Source: Spongospora subterranea f. sp. subterranea
Lineage: Eukaryota
Assembly: GCA_049724395.1 (NCBI GenBank)
Contig: JAUGWO010000064.1
Coordinates: 124,001 to 188,000 of the forward strand
Direction of reading: 5' to 3'
DNA length: 64,000 bases
Position numbers and translations under genes: made by a program. Below are positions 51,833 to 64,000 of this stretch, piece by piece. The notes under the pieces were generated by a model. The model did not search any database, was not told the origin of the DNA, and saw only the letters and a program-made list of their open reading frames with translations. Every line of letters begins with the position of its first letter. Position 1 is the stretch's first letter.

Positions 51833-54126
51833 ATGACCTCTATTCGCAACGGTTTTGCGTGTCGTGCAAAGCTCCGACGATATACACCTTCTTCACATGT
51901 GGTCGAATACTTTCTGGTCGTTGATCATACCGGAATAGTAGATCGTGTTCCTAAATTAGATCGTGTGTCCGGGCCACCTCCGAGCATCATTACGCAAGTG
52001 GGATCCGTCATCCGCTGTGGTTGATGCTCTTGCTAAAAACCTTTGTTTGTTTATATTTATAGATCTGTTCAGGCCCAACTTTTGAAGCAATTCCGCCATT
52101 ATCTCCTCCGAAGTTTTTCATATTTGCTCTTCCTAACCTCTCGGGATCAGTAACTTACGGCTCATGTTTGAGGGTGTTCGAGAAAGGTAGTTGTGATGAT
52201 GGACCGTACAAGGCGAAGACTTTGGTGATTCTTTCCCAGTACTCATTCTTCAGTGCATTTTACTTATTCCTTCGCCATCTTTATATGTCCAGCAATGACA
52301 GAGACTCGGAAGGTCAAGGCTCAGTTGAGGTTCGTTATTGTCATTAATTAATCTGTCCCATAGTCTTTACTCATGGGTTCCTGCAGGCAAAATTGGTTGA
52401 CATCACGAATTTACAAGTTCCTGATATAGGAAACTCCATCCTCTGCAAATTGGAATCGCTCTCGATACCAGTGTATCGGCCTCATGCTTTTGAACTTTCG
52501 GTTTTGCCTGGTCGATATCAGCGGTCATTGTTGAATCACGTTGGTGGCGATTCTATCGCAATTCTTCTGCAAGCAATTCTCTTGGAGAAAAGTGTAATAT
52601 TCACGTCAAGTGACATCTCTATTCTGGGAACCTCCCAAGAAATGCTGCTGTCGCTGGCACAGCCTTTGAAATGGCGTCACCTGTATATACCGGTTGTTCC
52701 CAAATCACATTTTCACAAGTTGAAGACTTTTTTGGGTCCCTTCTTTTGTGGGGTCTGTACAAGCAATATCCAGGGTGGCATTAAGAAAGAAGTAATAGTC
52801 TTAGATTTGGATACTGGACATTTTTCGCAAAATATGTCCAGCAAAGTGCCACAATTCGATTGCTTAGGTGCAGAACTAAGCCAATTTTCTACTAACGCGG
52901 ATGCGTATGAGGTGCAAAGCAAAATACGTGAGTTCGTTGTCGATTTGATTGAACAGAGCGCAGCTCTCGTGAATTGTCCACCATCAAGAGGAGGGCAAGC
53001 ACAAGCCACAAGGCGATCCTTTGCTAGAGGTTTCTGGAAGACACTGGCAGTGCAGGAATTCATCTCAGAATATCGACGCCTTGCACCTTCAGATCATCGT
53101 TTGGTCAGCATTTGCCGACATTTTACATCTTCAGCGAGCACTAAAACAAGAGCTCCACAAGGGTCGGTTAAACTTGATGAGGGGCATTCTGCAATCCCTG
53201 ATTATGCCCAAAAATACGAGTCGTGCTTTCCGGTGTTGGACAGGACCGTCCTAGCAAAGGCTGTTCAAAAACAAAAAAGGAAGAATTCTGTGAATTCGAA
53301 CTCCAGGTTATTCAAAAAAAGCCCGATCGGAAATGAACCGCAAAGGAAGTCATCACCGTCACCATGTTTCGGCATCTCGACGTTAGCCGCTGAGTTCTTT
53401 CACTGCCAAAAGGTTTTTGATCCTACATTGCCAGAATCACAAGTCAGAGGAGTTGTTGACGATATCAAGTTCTTAGAAAGCTGGTTAAACAGAGTCAGTG
53501 AAGCGCCCCATACATTTACAAGACTTCTATCTCAGATGAGGCAGCTCGTGACGAAAGGATTGGACCAGTGTGAAACAGGATCGATCGCGAAAGAACTGTC
53601 CTCTGAGATGGTAGCTGCAACCTGGGAAAATCTGTCTCCTGACATTGGCATGGATCGGACACCTGGAAGTGATCACAGCTGCGACGAAATCGAGATCAAC
53701 TCGCTCAGCTTACAAAGTTTCGAAACCAGACGAGCCACGATCATGGCGTTGAATGACGAAAAGGAGTGCGATGATGGTTTCGATAACATGTCCGACTCGG
53801 AAGGTTCGGCAGCATTCTCTAGTGATGACGAGGCCACTAGAACCGCCGAAAGCGATTATTCCCCAATCACAGATTCAGACACTCTGCATTGCTTACGGGA
53901 ACGCAATGAGTTTGATTGCCATGGTCTGATCGAAGGCTTCAGAGAATCCCAAGCCGAACATGAATCGATGTTCGGGAAACCACTCGAAAACCCATTGCTG
54001 GAATCATGGGTAGGACCAGCTGCCTCTGCACATTCCCTCTCTCGCTGCGAATGCTCGCAGAACGGTCCCGTTTCTTATCCTCCTGTACATGTCTGCATAA
54101 TAAATTATATAATTGATTGCTTATGA
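51833..54126 (+). CDS. DENN-domain protein (Rab GEF family), multi-exon
   Basis: uDENN VVEYFLVV, YGSCLRVFE, KTLVILSQYSFFSAFYLFLRHLY and core ILLEKSVIFTS...LLSLAQPLKWRHLYIPVVP...GPFFCGV...VIVLDLD. Both ends uncertain. Confidence 0.85.
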
Positions 54127-54292
54127 TGGGTTCGGACAACCAAAAACTGGGCACAATATTGTTTGAGGGTAAAGCGGTCGTGGGAAATGCTCTATCGTGA
54201 TGATGATGACGTGTTTACGGAGTTGGGTTCAATCAGGTTATTGGGTGGTCGGTCGTCGACCAACGACAACTAGGAGCCTGAGACGCCTGTCC

Positions 54293-55220
54293 ATGCAGAG
54301 CTCGAACCTTGATCCGCTGCCCGATGGCGGCGACCCGATCCAGGCAGGGTCCAGTGACGCCGCCAAACCGTTGAAAATGCCAATGATGCACGTGATGATT
54401 GGGAGATGATCTGTGAAAAATTGACGTGAATCGCAGATGGATCGATTGTGAGATGACCGGGCTCGATATCGAATCGGATACGATCCTGGAGATTGCAGGT
54501 TTTTCCAGATTTTTGTTGTTTATCGTCAGCGCATGTTGAGCGATTTCCCGGATTGTAGTGGTCATGACGGATTCCGATCTGAATCGAGTCATTGAAGGGC
54601 CAGATCTCGTTATTCACCATTCCGACAAAGGTATTTTTGATTCCGAGGTGCTGTGGCATGTGAGAGGTGATCACTGGTAGTGCTCAACGCCATGGGCGAA
54701 TGGTGTATCACACATCATGGGGAAAGTGGTCTAACCGATAAGGTCAGGGCATCAACTTTAACCATGACCGCAGCTGAAGATGAGGTACAGAGCAAACAAA
54801 CAATCCCGAGTCAACATCGTTTCGTTGACGTCCTGTCAGATAATGTCGTTTGTGACCAAATGGGCTACGAAACCTGGCCAAGTATGACCCGACATTCTCA
54901 CCCGTTTATTCGCTGAGTTTGCAATCTGGATTCAGACTCCGTTAGCTGGGAATACTGTTCATTGCGATCGAATGTTTCTGAAGAAGTTCATGCCACGATT
55001 GGACCAATACATGCATTATCGAATTATTGATGTGTCGTCGTTCAAGGAGATCTGCCGTCGTTGGAATCCGGGTGTGTTCTCCAGGGCACCGAAGAAAGCC
55101 CTTTTGCATCGCGCCCTGGACGATATTCGCGAATCGATCGAAGAGCTGAAGTACTATAAGGCTCACCTGCTTGTCGTTAAAACCAAGAAGGATCCCAAAA
55201 CGAAATCGCAACCCAAGTAA
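54293..55220 (+). CDS. REXO2: oligoribonuclease (Orn/REXO2), multi-exon
   Basis: WIDCEMTGLD, EGPDLVIH, MGEWCITHHGESGLT, PLAGNTVHCDRMFL, HYRIIDVSS and HRALDDIRESIEELKYY. Confidence 0.95.
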
Positions 55221-56070
55221 AGCATTTACCGATGTCCCAGCTCTTTGACTGTTTCAGATAATCCAACAAAAAGTTGTTCTTTTGACATGTTCAGAATTAT
55301 TCGAAGTAGATGAAAAGTTTTGCTTTGAATTCTCAGCTAACGCCCTAAAATTTCCTTCGTCGGAACTTTTTTGACTCACGTGAGATGATCATGATCGGAT
55401 CGTTGTATTTGCTTCTATCGACAAAACGCACTGGTTTACTGTGTCAGGGGCAACTGAAAGGAACAGTCCGTTTGAAAAGACGTTCCGGTCGAATGTAATG
55501 GAAAACAACTGATATTGTGTCAAATCAATGGGATTCGCTGCGATTTGGAGACCTTCTTTGACTTTGAAAATGAAAGAGTTCCACATATTTCCTTCTTGAG
55601 CTGTTTGCCAACCGTATATGACCGCGAACTGAATAATAAGTCTTGGCGTTTAGCCTTCACAAGCATCGCCATCGCCGTCATGATCAACTGAACACAAACG
55701 ATGAAGACGTACTGTAGCCAACAACAACCGCAAAGACTCAACTCGGCCTCTGCGCCGTTGATCGACTCGTCTCGCAACGAAATGAACAAGGAAAATGAAG
55801 GATGAAGCCTTGGGTTTCATTTTGCAACGAGGCAATGATCCGTAGAAACCTGTTAATCTTCCAGCAAATTCGCACCATTTTCAATCATGCTATTGAAGGA
55901 TGCTTTGGCCAACACATCAAAAACATTGATGTACTGACGAACATCCAGTGCTTTGACGAAATTTGTCAATCTTCGTTGCTGAAAATGTGGCGGATCAATC
56001 GCCGATTATTGATTCAGAGGCGGTGATTTCAATCATCATGCTGTGACCCGTGTGACAATGAAAGATTAGG

Positions 56071-56213
56071 TAAACGAGCGTAGTTGTCCAAGTTGTGGAT
56101 TATGGAAATTGAAGTTCGATCTCGGTTCGATTAGCTCTCAATGTCCATAATCCACTGAAGAACCATGTGTCAGAAACAACCTGGACAACTGTCATCTAGT
56201 CTACGCTCGTTTA
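56071..56213. repeat. asymmetric inverted repeat (left arm is a deleted version of the right arm)
   Basis: Blocks TAAACGAGCGTAG, TTGTCCA(A/G)GTTGT and GGATTATGGA(A/C)ATTGA are contiguous in 56071-56112 but separated by 12-nt and 22-nt inserts in the reverse complement of 56138-56213. Confidence 0.88.
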
Positions 56214-56446
56214 GCAGACGCTTGCGTTTGATCGGCAACCGGACGTTCTCTGCACCGCCCTGGACGTGATCTGTTTTAGAGGCAACCCTCTCATCAAAAT
56301 CTTCTAATCGGATGCCATCCAAAATGTGTCCATTGTGGTGCTGCCCAGTTTCGACTTTATTCGAACATTGTGAAATTCCGATCAATGCCATTCTGTAAGT
56401 TTCCTCACGAGATTGATCTGTAGAACCTGTCGTTCTCTGTTTCTTT

Positions 56447-57840
56447 TTATCTAGTTTGAACAGAATCAGGATTATTCCAGACGGTTTGTATGTAAAACGC
56501 CATGTCATTAGCCGAAACCGCATCAACAAACCCATTGTCGGTCAGAACTTGCCATTTCAGCCTCGATATCGTGCTTCGCAATGGTTTAGAGTATCCTTGG
56601 TTGTGCTCAGCGTGACGTTTTCCAGCGGCCGACGATTCATATAGCTTTTGCGCGTCGATCGTTTGGGGCGAAAGTACCCAGGTGGATACTTCGCCGTTGA
56701 TCGCGCTGAGTTTCCTCGTCGTTTCCAGTTTCTCCATCATCAACAGGAACTTGGCTCGCGAGCTCGCCGCAGTGGCCAGGACGTTCTCCAGCGCATCGTC
56801 AACGTTCGAACTCGCTGCGAATTCGTCGCGAAGAAACGCATCCAGACGATCAAGTGCGGAATGATCGACCTGGCGCTCTTCCTCTTTCCGATCAACAGGA
56901 TTACCCGCCTGAGCTGAAACCGACATCTTTTCGTGATCCGGAAAGACGCGATGTTCTTTCTCGAATTGATTAGAACAGGCGATCATACATCCATCGGAAC
57001 AGTTCAGCTTCGGTTTAGGAACCTGGGCCAACGCCCTCCATTTCAGCTCAACGTTCTCCAATGTCCATTTCAATAATCGACTGGGACTCGTGAGGGCCGA
57101 CGCTTTCCACGACTTGGCGACCGCTTTGCGAATGTGGGTGGTCGAGACCGGTTCCGTTGTTCGGGACAGCAGCGTGTGCAGAAACGCGATATAGCTCCCT
57201 GGATCGCTGTTCACCTCCCACAGATCGACGGTTTCGAACATCGACCGACGCCATGCGTCCTGGAGAATTCCATGAGTGGACGAACAATCCCTGAGCCAAT
57301 CTCGAGCGGCGATACCTCTGCCGATTTGGCTCAGTCCTAGGCGACGCGGACACAATTGTCGACAACAAAAACGTACTGTGAACTTTCCAAGGTATCCGAC
57401 CTCAGCGTTCGGCTCATCAACAGGTGGAAGGCAACGTACTTGGAATACGATCGATCAGACCATAAGCCCGAAGATGACGTTGAAAACATGAAAAACAAAC
57501 CTGTTCACGGTTGACACCGTATTGGATGTCTTTGAACTTGAACACGTCCCAAAACAGGTCTAAGGCTTTGCAAACGTTGCGATGCTCTAACATTCGATAT
57601 CGATGTTCTTTGTGTCCGGAAACTGACGTGGCCAGGTCGCCTTGTTTGAAGAACGGCACGGCCGGATCACTTTCGACTTCGAACGCGAATCGCATAACGA
57701 GACTGTCGTCGGTAAATAGTGCTGTGATCCTCTCCACGATCTGCAATGCGTTTCCAGTTTGGAAGGCGGATCGGCGATCGCGTTGACGATGGGACGCACC
57801 TGAGACTCGTGTGGAACCTTGCTGATTGACCCATGACGAC
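56447..57840 (-). CDS. conserved-looking hypothetical protein, possibly EF-hand-like, spliced; 5' end unresolved
   Basis: Exons join to ...FFKQGDL...ALDLFWDVF...VNREQ|YVAFHLLMSRTL...ARDWLRD...SMFETVDLW...SYIAFLHTLL; 302-aa last ORF; GT-AG introns. Confidence 0.65.
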
Positions 57841-58982
57841 CTACAGAACTAATGGAACCGTTTCGTTTCAAACTAGATAAAAAGAAACAGAGAACGAAGG
57901 TTGGGCCGAGTTCATGTGCTCTTCGACCTGACCCCCAACGATATTGATATCGCCGATTTCACCTATTCAACGGGGCCCATCTTGTACCAACAAATATCTT
58001 CATCGTTAGCGAATCAGACGGTCAATAAGTGGTAATTCTATCTTGGAAAAGAAAATATACAGAGAATAATCTGTGAAACATTGTGTCGATTTTAATCTGA
58101 TATGATTGTGATTATTGGGGATATTATGTACGAAGAAACAAGTGCCTGGTCGAAACAAGAATCCACTGAAACAGGTTCTAGCTCTCGTTCAACGATATGA
58201 CATGAGAAGATACTCCATTCTGAAATGGGGAGATCGCCTCTCTGAGGGAATTCATTCAACAAAACCGATAAAGCAAAGGCCATTTCTACTCCATGTACTT
58301 GAGCTACGGTCGCCGACGCGCGAACATCAAAAACTGATTGTCACCGTCAGGCTGATCACCATCGCTAATTCAACAGATTATCTGTCGGAAGGAGTTATAT
58401 ACACAGACTGGGGAATCCCCATCCTTGTGGAGGTGGAGAATATCATGCGACTGTTTTGGTGTCATCTCGCCCTGATGTGAAAATGGTGCGAATTTGCTGG
58501 AAAATTAACAGGTTTCTACGTGTGCAATGAAACCACCCCGACGAAGAAGAAGACGACGGGAACGATCTTGGAAAACGTTATTGAGTTCGTCGTTGATGAT
58601 CTGCCGTAACTGTTCAATGTTTCGTTCACCAAAGAACCGGAGCTTACCAAGACACAAACATCGACGCTGATTCGGATCAATATGTGTCAAAATATGTGAT
58701 ATCGCATCGATATCTGCGACACCACGATCATGATGAAGCAGAAGAATGCGATTTGGTTTCGTGGCGCTTCTCGGTTCGTGAGTGTCAGCGTAATTTCGGA
58801 GTCCATCATGTTGAAGTTTGATAATTGCTCGAAGATGTAGTCCTCATGGTCAAGTAAGGTCCCTTCATCACTAGTTGTGATGATCATTCCTAACAAGTGT
58901 TCGGATTACCTAGGACCGTCATTGGAAACAGTGTGGAGAGCTGAGAAACGATGGTCTCGATCAGCGACGAATAATAACGATT

Positions 58983-59017
58983 TACTAGTGGCTCATGATT
59001 ATTATGAGCCACTAGTA
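58983..59017. other. perfect 14-bp-stem hairpin
   Basis: TACTAGTGGCTCAT-GATTATT-ATGAGCCACTAGTA. Confidence 0.85.
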
Positions 59018-59255
59018 GGTCGTCTGTGGAAAGTGACATGATAACGATGTTGTTGTTGGATCTCTTGACGGTTACGTAGGCATCCGAACTGAGACGCTTG
59101 AAGTAAAGGGCTTCAGTGATGAAGCGGTTGATCGTATCGTTCCAAACTACCGTCCGACCTGCTTAAGTCTCGTAAAGGTGATAGGGACCGATATGACATC
59201 CATGATCAGATACCAGAAAAGTAATGGGTGTCATCAAGGTGCGACTTGTCTCTCA

Positions 59256-62200
59256 TTAACCTTCAAAGACTGCCAAATTTTCATCCATTGTAGCCACGAT
59301 TTCCTGCGATCCTTCGTGAGCTTTTAGAAACAAACGCAGCAACAAACTTGTCAGCGTTGTCAGTATAATGATCGAAGATATACTAATCAAGTGTATGGTT
59401 ATAAACATAACGACCAGTAATACAGCGTTAAAAGCTAACTTGCCGAGAAAACTTGACGTTTGTGTGTCGGGTGATGACTTAAACTGAGGAACTGCGAAAT
59501 GAAAAGGCGTTTTTCTTGAAACCATCTTGTGTATTGATACAGTTTCGATCGGCATTGAACAAACGAGTTTCTGCCGCGAATTAGCAACTGATCTATTCAC
59601 TGACACTAACTTACCAATGGTTTTGAGCAGCGCAATGAAGCGGCTTGAAATCATCAGCTCCACTTAGAGCATTATCAGCTCCTTCGGTGTCAAACCGACT
59701 GAACCGAAAACAAGTGAATATTAACGTGTGACCGCGACTTGATCCTGATAATTTACTGTTTCGATTCCATTGCCTTCTTCAGAGGAGTATCATCAACATC
59801 AACAATAAAGTTCGATGTTTTTTCGAAAATATCAAAGGCCAGAGACAGCGCATCGACAACATCATCTCTGAACAATTTTGCCCAATCAGACTCTGAGGGA
59901 TGGCGTAGTTGAAGGTGGTATTGGCGACATACTGGCCGTTGTCAGCAGCGAAGACTACTAGAGATATACCTAACCCCGTTGTTATCATGGGATTAGCACC
60001 GCGAGATAACAGATATAAGACCATATCCCTGTTGAGGAAAAAGAATCAATGATTGGTGGCAATGGAATATCGGTTTCGTACCAGTCTTCGAAACCAGCCG
60101 CCACAAAAATGGGTGTCTGTCGAGATTTATTTTGAACGTTGACCATTCGGGCGACGTTCAAACTGTCGCCACAATGCACAGTATTCAGTTATCAGATATA
60201 TTCGTTCGTTGATAACTTACGACTTGTGTTCGGCCATATTTTGTATATTCGAAAGTGGATTATCTGCTTCTTCGGCAACAGCAGATCCAGTCTCCAAAAG
60301 ACATTCGACAACTTCCTTTCTGATTGCTTGATTTCTAATGGCATAGAAACAAATAAGATTATCGATTTCAAACACATGAAATGGCAATCACAACCGTGAT
60401 GTGAGTGCACTAAAGATAGGGGGTTCTTGATTTGCATTTACAGCGTTGACCGCTGAAGGGAATAGCTTACAGATGGTTTTGATAACGATAATTCTGTCAG
60501 TTTGGATCAGATTTGAACCATTTTGACGAACAGGGATGACGACATACTGGCCATTTGCAGCGGCAACGTGAAGTAGAGTATCCCCATTCTTTGTTGCTGA
60601 TATCGTCGGATCAGCACCTTGGTCTAAGAGCAACTGCACCATATCCCTTTTGAATGAACAACGTTCAACGAATAGATTGATATCAAATAAAAGTGCCAAA
60701 CCATTGCCCCCCACTAGCGGCCACAAAAATCGGTGCCACCATTCCATTCGTATTTTGAGCATCGAGGATGCGGCGGATGTTTGACCTGAACTCACAGAAA
60801 ACAACATTCATTGATCGGATGAATTTATCTGTTATCAAATTACGATTTTTGCTGGGCCGCGATTCTTCCATTCGAATCTGAATCACCAGCGTCTTCATGT
60901 ACAGCAGCTAAATATTTCAAAACACATTCCATAACTGCCACCCTGATCGCAATAGGAATCACATAGAATGTCGATTATCAACCGATGAGCGGCACAAACA
61001 ATTTTGATAGAGCAGCTCTCAATATAATTGTTTCTCCAACACTGTTTACTGCGTTGATCGCGGTAGGGAATCTTTCACAGATGAAGTGGATCGCGTCGAT
61101 CCTGTAAACTCGTTCAGTGTTGGGTGACTTTGACCAACAGGATTGGCGACATACTGGCCATTTCTAGCAGCAATGTGAAGTAGAGTATCACCACTCCTTG
61201 TGGTTGAAATCACCGGATCAGCACCATTTTTCAAAAGAAACAGCACTATATCCCTTTTTGACGAAACAACATCAACGAATTGATCGATATTAAGTCACAA
61301 TTTCCAAACCAGTATTCGAGATCAGCGGCCACCATCATTGGTGTCTCTCCATATAGATTCTTCATATCAATAATGTGGGCGATATTCGTCCTGACCTCAC
61401 AGTAAACAACAATCAATGATCATATACTGATCTGTTATCCACTTACGATTTGTTGTCGGCCGCGTTTCGTAAACTTGAATCAGGGCCATCAGCTTCTTCT
61501 TGCCCAACAACTAGATATTTCAAAACACATTCCACAACTGTCACCCTGATCGCAACAAAAATTACGAAGTACATCGATTGTCAACCGATGAATTGAACAA
61601 ACAAGTTTGATCGAACAGCAGTAAATATAGGGGTTTCTACTGAGTTGATCGCGGTAGGATATTTCTCACAGATGAAGTGGATCGCGTCGATCCTGAAACA
61701 TCACTCAGTGTTGGGTGATTCTGACCAACAGGATTGGCGACATACTGGCCATGTTCAATAACAATGGGAAGCAGAGCATCCTCAGATTCTATCATCGGAT
61801 CAGCACCCTTTTGTAATAAAAATTTCACAATATCCCTTTTGACGGAACAGCATCAACGAATTGATCGATATCAAGTGAAGGTACCAAACCAGTATTCGAG
61901 ATCAGCGGCCACCATCATTGGTGTCTCTCCATATTTATTCTTCGTATCAATAATGTGGGCGATGTTCGTCCTGATCCCACAGTAAACAACATTCAATGAT
62001 CATATACTGATCTGTTATCCACTTACGATTTTTTGTCGGCCGCGTTTCGAAAACTTGAATCAGGGCCATCAGCTTCTTCTTGCAAAGCAACTAGATATTT
62101 CAAAACACATTCCACAACTGCCACCCTGATCGTAACAGAATTACGAAGTACATCGATTGTTAACAGATGAATGGAACAAACGATTTTGATCGAACAGCTT

Positions 62201-62987
62201 GAAATAAAGTGGTGACCCCAAGACCGTCTACTGAGTTGATCGCGGTAGGAAATTTCTCACAGATGAAATCGATCACGTCGATCCTGTAACCTCATTCAGT
62301 GTTGGGTGACTTTGAACAACAGGATTGGCGACATACTGGCCATGTTTAATAGCAATGAAAAGTGGAGTATCCCCCCACCATTTTGTTGGTATCATCGGGT
62401 CAGCACCATTTTTAAATAGAAACTGCACAATATCCCTTTTGATGGAACAGCATCAACAAACTGATCGATATCAAGTGAAAGTACCAAACCAGAATTGGAG
62501 ATATGCGGCCTCGATCATTGGTGTGCTTCCTCTTAAATTCTGAGCATTGATGATGTTGCCCATGTTCGTCCTTCGAGAAAGTAACCAACAGTTATTGACC
62601 AAATTTACGAAGGTGTTTTCACTTACGATTTGTGGTCCGCCGAATTTCGCATATTACGATCGACATTTAAAACAAATTCGATAGCTTCCACCCTGAAGCA
62701 ACAGAAATCAATTAGGAGATCGGCTGTCACCACTAGAATGGCAATTACGATCGTGATTTGACGGCTTTGAAGATAAGAGATTCTTCATAGGAATCTTGTG
62801 CGTAGATCGCCATAGGATTGGCGTCACACTGGCCATATTCAGCAGAAATGTGAAGTAGAGTGTCTCGACTATTTGTTGGTATCAAGGGATCAGCACCCTT
62901 TACCCACAGAGTATTTGTTTGCGATGGTCCCGACTCGTCACCAGCTAACATCGGCTTATAAAAACATATCACAGAAATCAACAACAT
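59256..62987 (-). CDS. ankyrin-repeat protein with N-terminal signal peptide and C-terminal hydrophobic segment, built from tandem exon-intron modules
   Basis: MLLISVICFYKPMLAG leader. Six GA(D/N)P...(D)TLLH(I/V)AA..GQ-type ankyrin exons near 62890, 62400, 61800, 61220, 60610 and 59995; G.TP..VAA exons; C-terminal LAFNAVLLVVMFITIHLISISSIIILTTLTSLLL. Confidence 0.85.
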
Positions 62988-63147
62988 AAACAATTCCCTG
63001 TGCCATTGCCACAACATTGTGAACAGAGCGATTTCAGAAATGAGCGATCCGACGGATTCTTCTACGGAGTTTCAATGTGAACTGGCGCCATGTCACAAGT
63101 CACATCCCGTAACAGTAACAGTCCCGTAACCCAGTGTGCTCATCCAC

Positions 63148-63670
63148 TAGCCGCTCTACCCGGCGATGTCACGGATTTTTGCATTTTACCGTGCGGATTG
63201 TCAATTCTTCGTTTCCGAAATGAGTTCTTGTGATTTATCAGTTTGTCCCATCCGCCTTCGAGCCCTCTGATGAGGTTGATGAAATTTTTCAGTTCACAAA
63301 AGAGGCAGACGATACTTGTAATGGTGTGGTGCAGTGGTGGGCTTCTATTATTGGCCAAAAGCGCTTTCCGACAATTGCATTTCTGGCGCGTGATACTCTA
63401 ATGTGCATTTGGGAGCTTCTGTGCTCTCAGAGGGCGCTTTTTCGGATAGCGGTCACTTTGTAGTTCCGACAGGTCACGCTTAAAGGATGACAATATCTCA
63501 ATGATGATGAAGCTTCGGTAGTGGAACCGCTTGATGAATAATTACAAACCCAGTACTGTACGTGTCTATCAATTCAACATTGAACACAGGATCGTTCACC
63601 ATTGCCAGAATAACCGGCTAGCTGTCGGTTTGAGGCAAAATCTGTAGCCGGCTAGCCGTGGACTCCCCTA
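63148..63670 (+). mobile_element. hAT transposon 3' remnant
   Basis: Frameshifted dimerisation domain (VVQWW...RFPTIAFLARDTLMC / ASVLSEGAFSDSG), repeated TAGCCG subterminal motifs and a terminus reading TAGGGGAGTCC on the minus strand at 63670. Confidence 0.75.
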
Positions 63671-64000
63671 CGTAGGGAATGCGAGAACCGTCGAAAATTT
63701 GGAGATTCCTGATACAGTAATCATCCTAATAATACATTGGGAAATTTGACATAGGGTTCAGGGTCTAAGTTAAAAAATTTGCATTCTGGGGTTCAGGGTG
63801 TTAATAAATCTCAAAACACAGCATTTTTTGAGTGATACAAAATGCCTCAAAAACCCAAAAGTCTAAGCTCCCTAACAATTAGACAATGAATAAATCTAAG
63901 GAGAGCTCTTGATTGTTTTTTTTTTGGATCCAACAGCATTCCAATGCAACAAATGACCCAACACCAATCAGTGCTCCGAACGTGTCGAATCCCAACGGCA

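Larger units (their letters stand above)
55841..58520. repeat. nested inverted repeats: outer 43 bp (55841-55883 / 58478-58520), inner 31 bp (56430-56460 / 57867-57897)
   Basis: Outer pair 42/43 identical and inner pair 31/31 identical as reverse complements; centres nearly coincide (~57160-57180). Confidence 0.93.

Noticed and set aside
55850..55875. 26-nt GT...AG micro-intron inside the outer inverted repeat
   Set aside because: Far shorter than the other introns here, and the flanking translations are not convincingly coding in either copy.
8712..57840. Functional flagellar/zoospore gene cluster (channel, kinase, dynein, EF-hand-like gene)
   Set aside because: Interspersed with unrelated housekeeping genes; no evidence of co-regulation from sequence alone.
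63752..63880. Telomere-like repeats (TAGGGTTCAGGG, GGGGTTCAGGG, CCCTAAC)
   Set aside because: Scattered and degenerate, not a tandem array.

Overview
Compact, intron-containing eukaryotic genomic DNA, not prokaryotic. It has short ~50-90 nt GT-AG introns, an axonemal dynein, a Zn2Cys6 protein, a hybrid histidine kinase and a signal-peptide ankyrin gene. That mix suggests a zoosporic protist, possibly a plasmodiophorid (inference only). Recognisable genes: RPL17, an ABC half-transporter, MCM4, a cyclic-nucleotide-binding K+ channel, intron-containing tRNA-Tyr(GTA), D2HGDH, GatB, hybrid histidine kinase, TM RING-H2 ligase, a ~14.7 kb outer-arm-type dynein heavy chain, a HeH/LEM-like membrane protein, a Zn2Cys6 protein, a DENN protein, oligoribonuclease and a modular ankyrin gene. 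Non-coding content: two hAT remnants, a tiny MITE, a ~96-bp satellite and many imperfect fold-back (inverted-repeat) structures. The most striking structure is at 55.8-58.5 kb: two nested, near-perfect inverted-repeat pairs (43 bp and 31 bp) enclose a spliced gene whose stop codon lies inside the inner repeat, with a 7-bp direct repeat just outside. Seven small frameshifts in conserved genes look like long-read insertion errors. All exon boundaries were read by eye.
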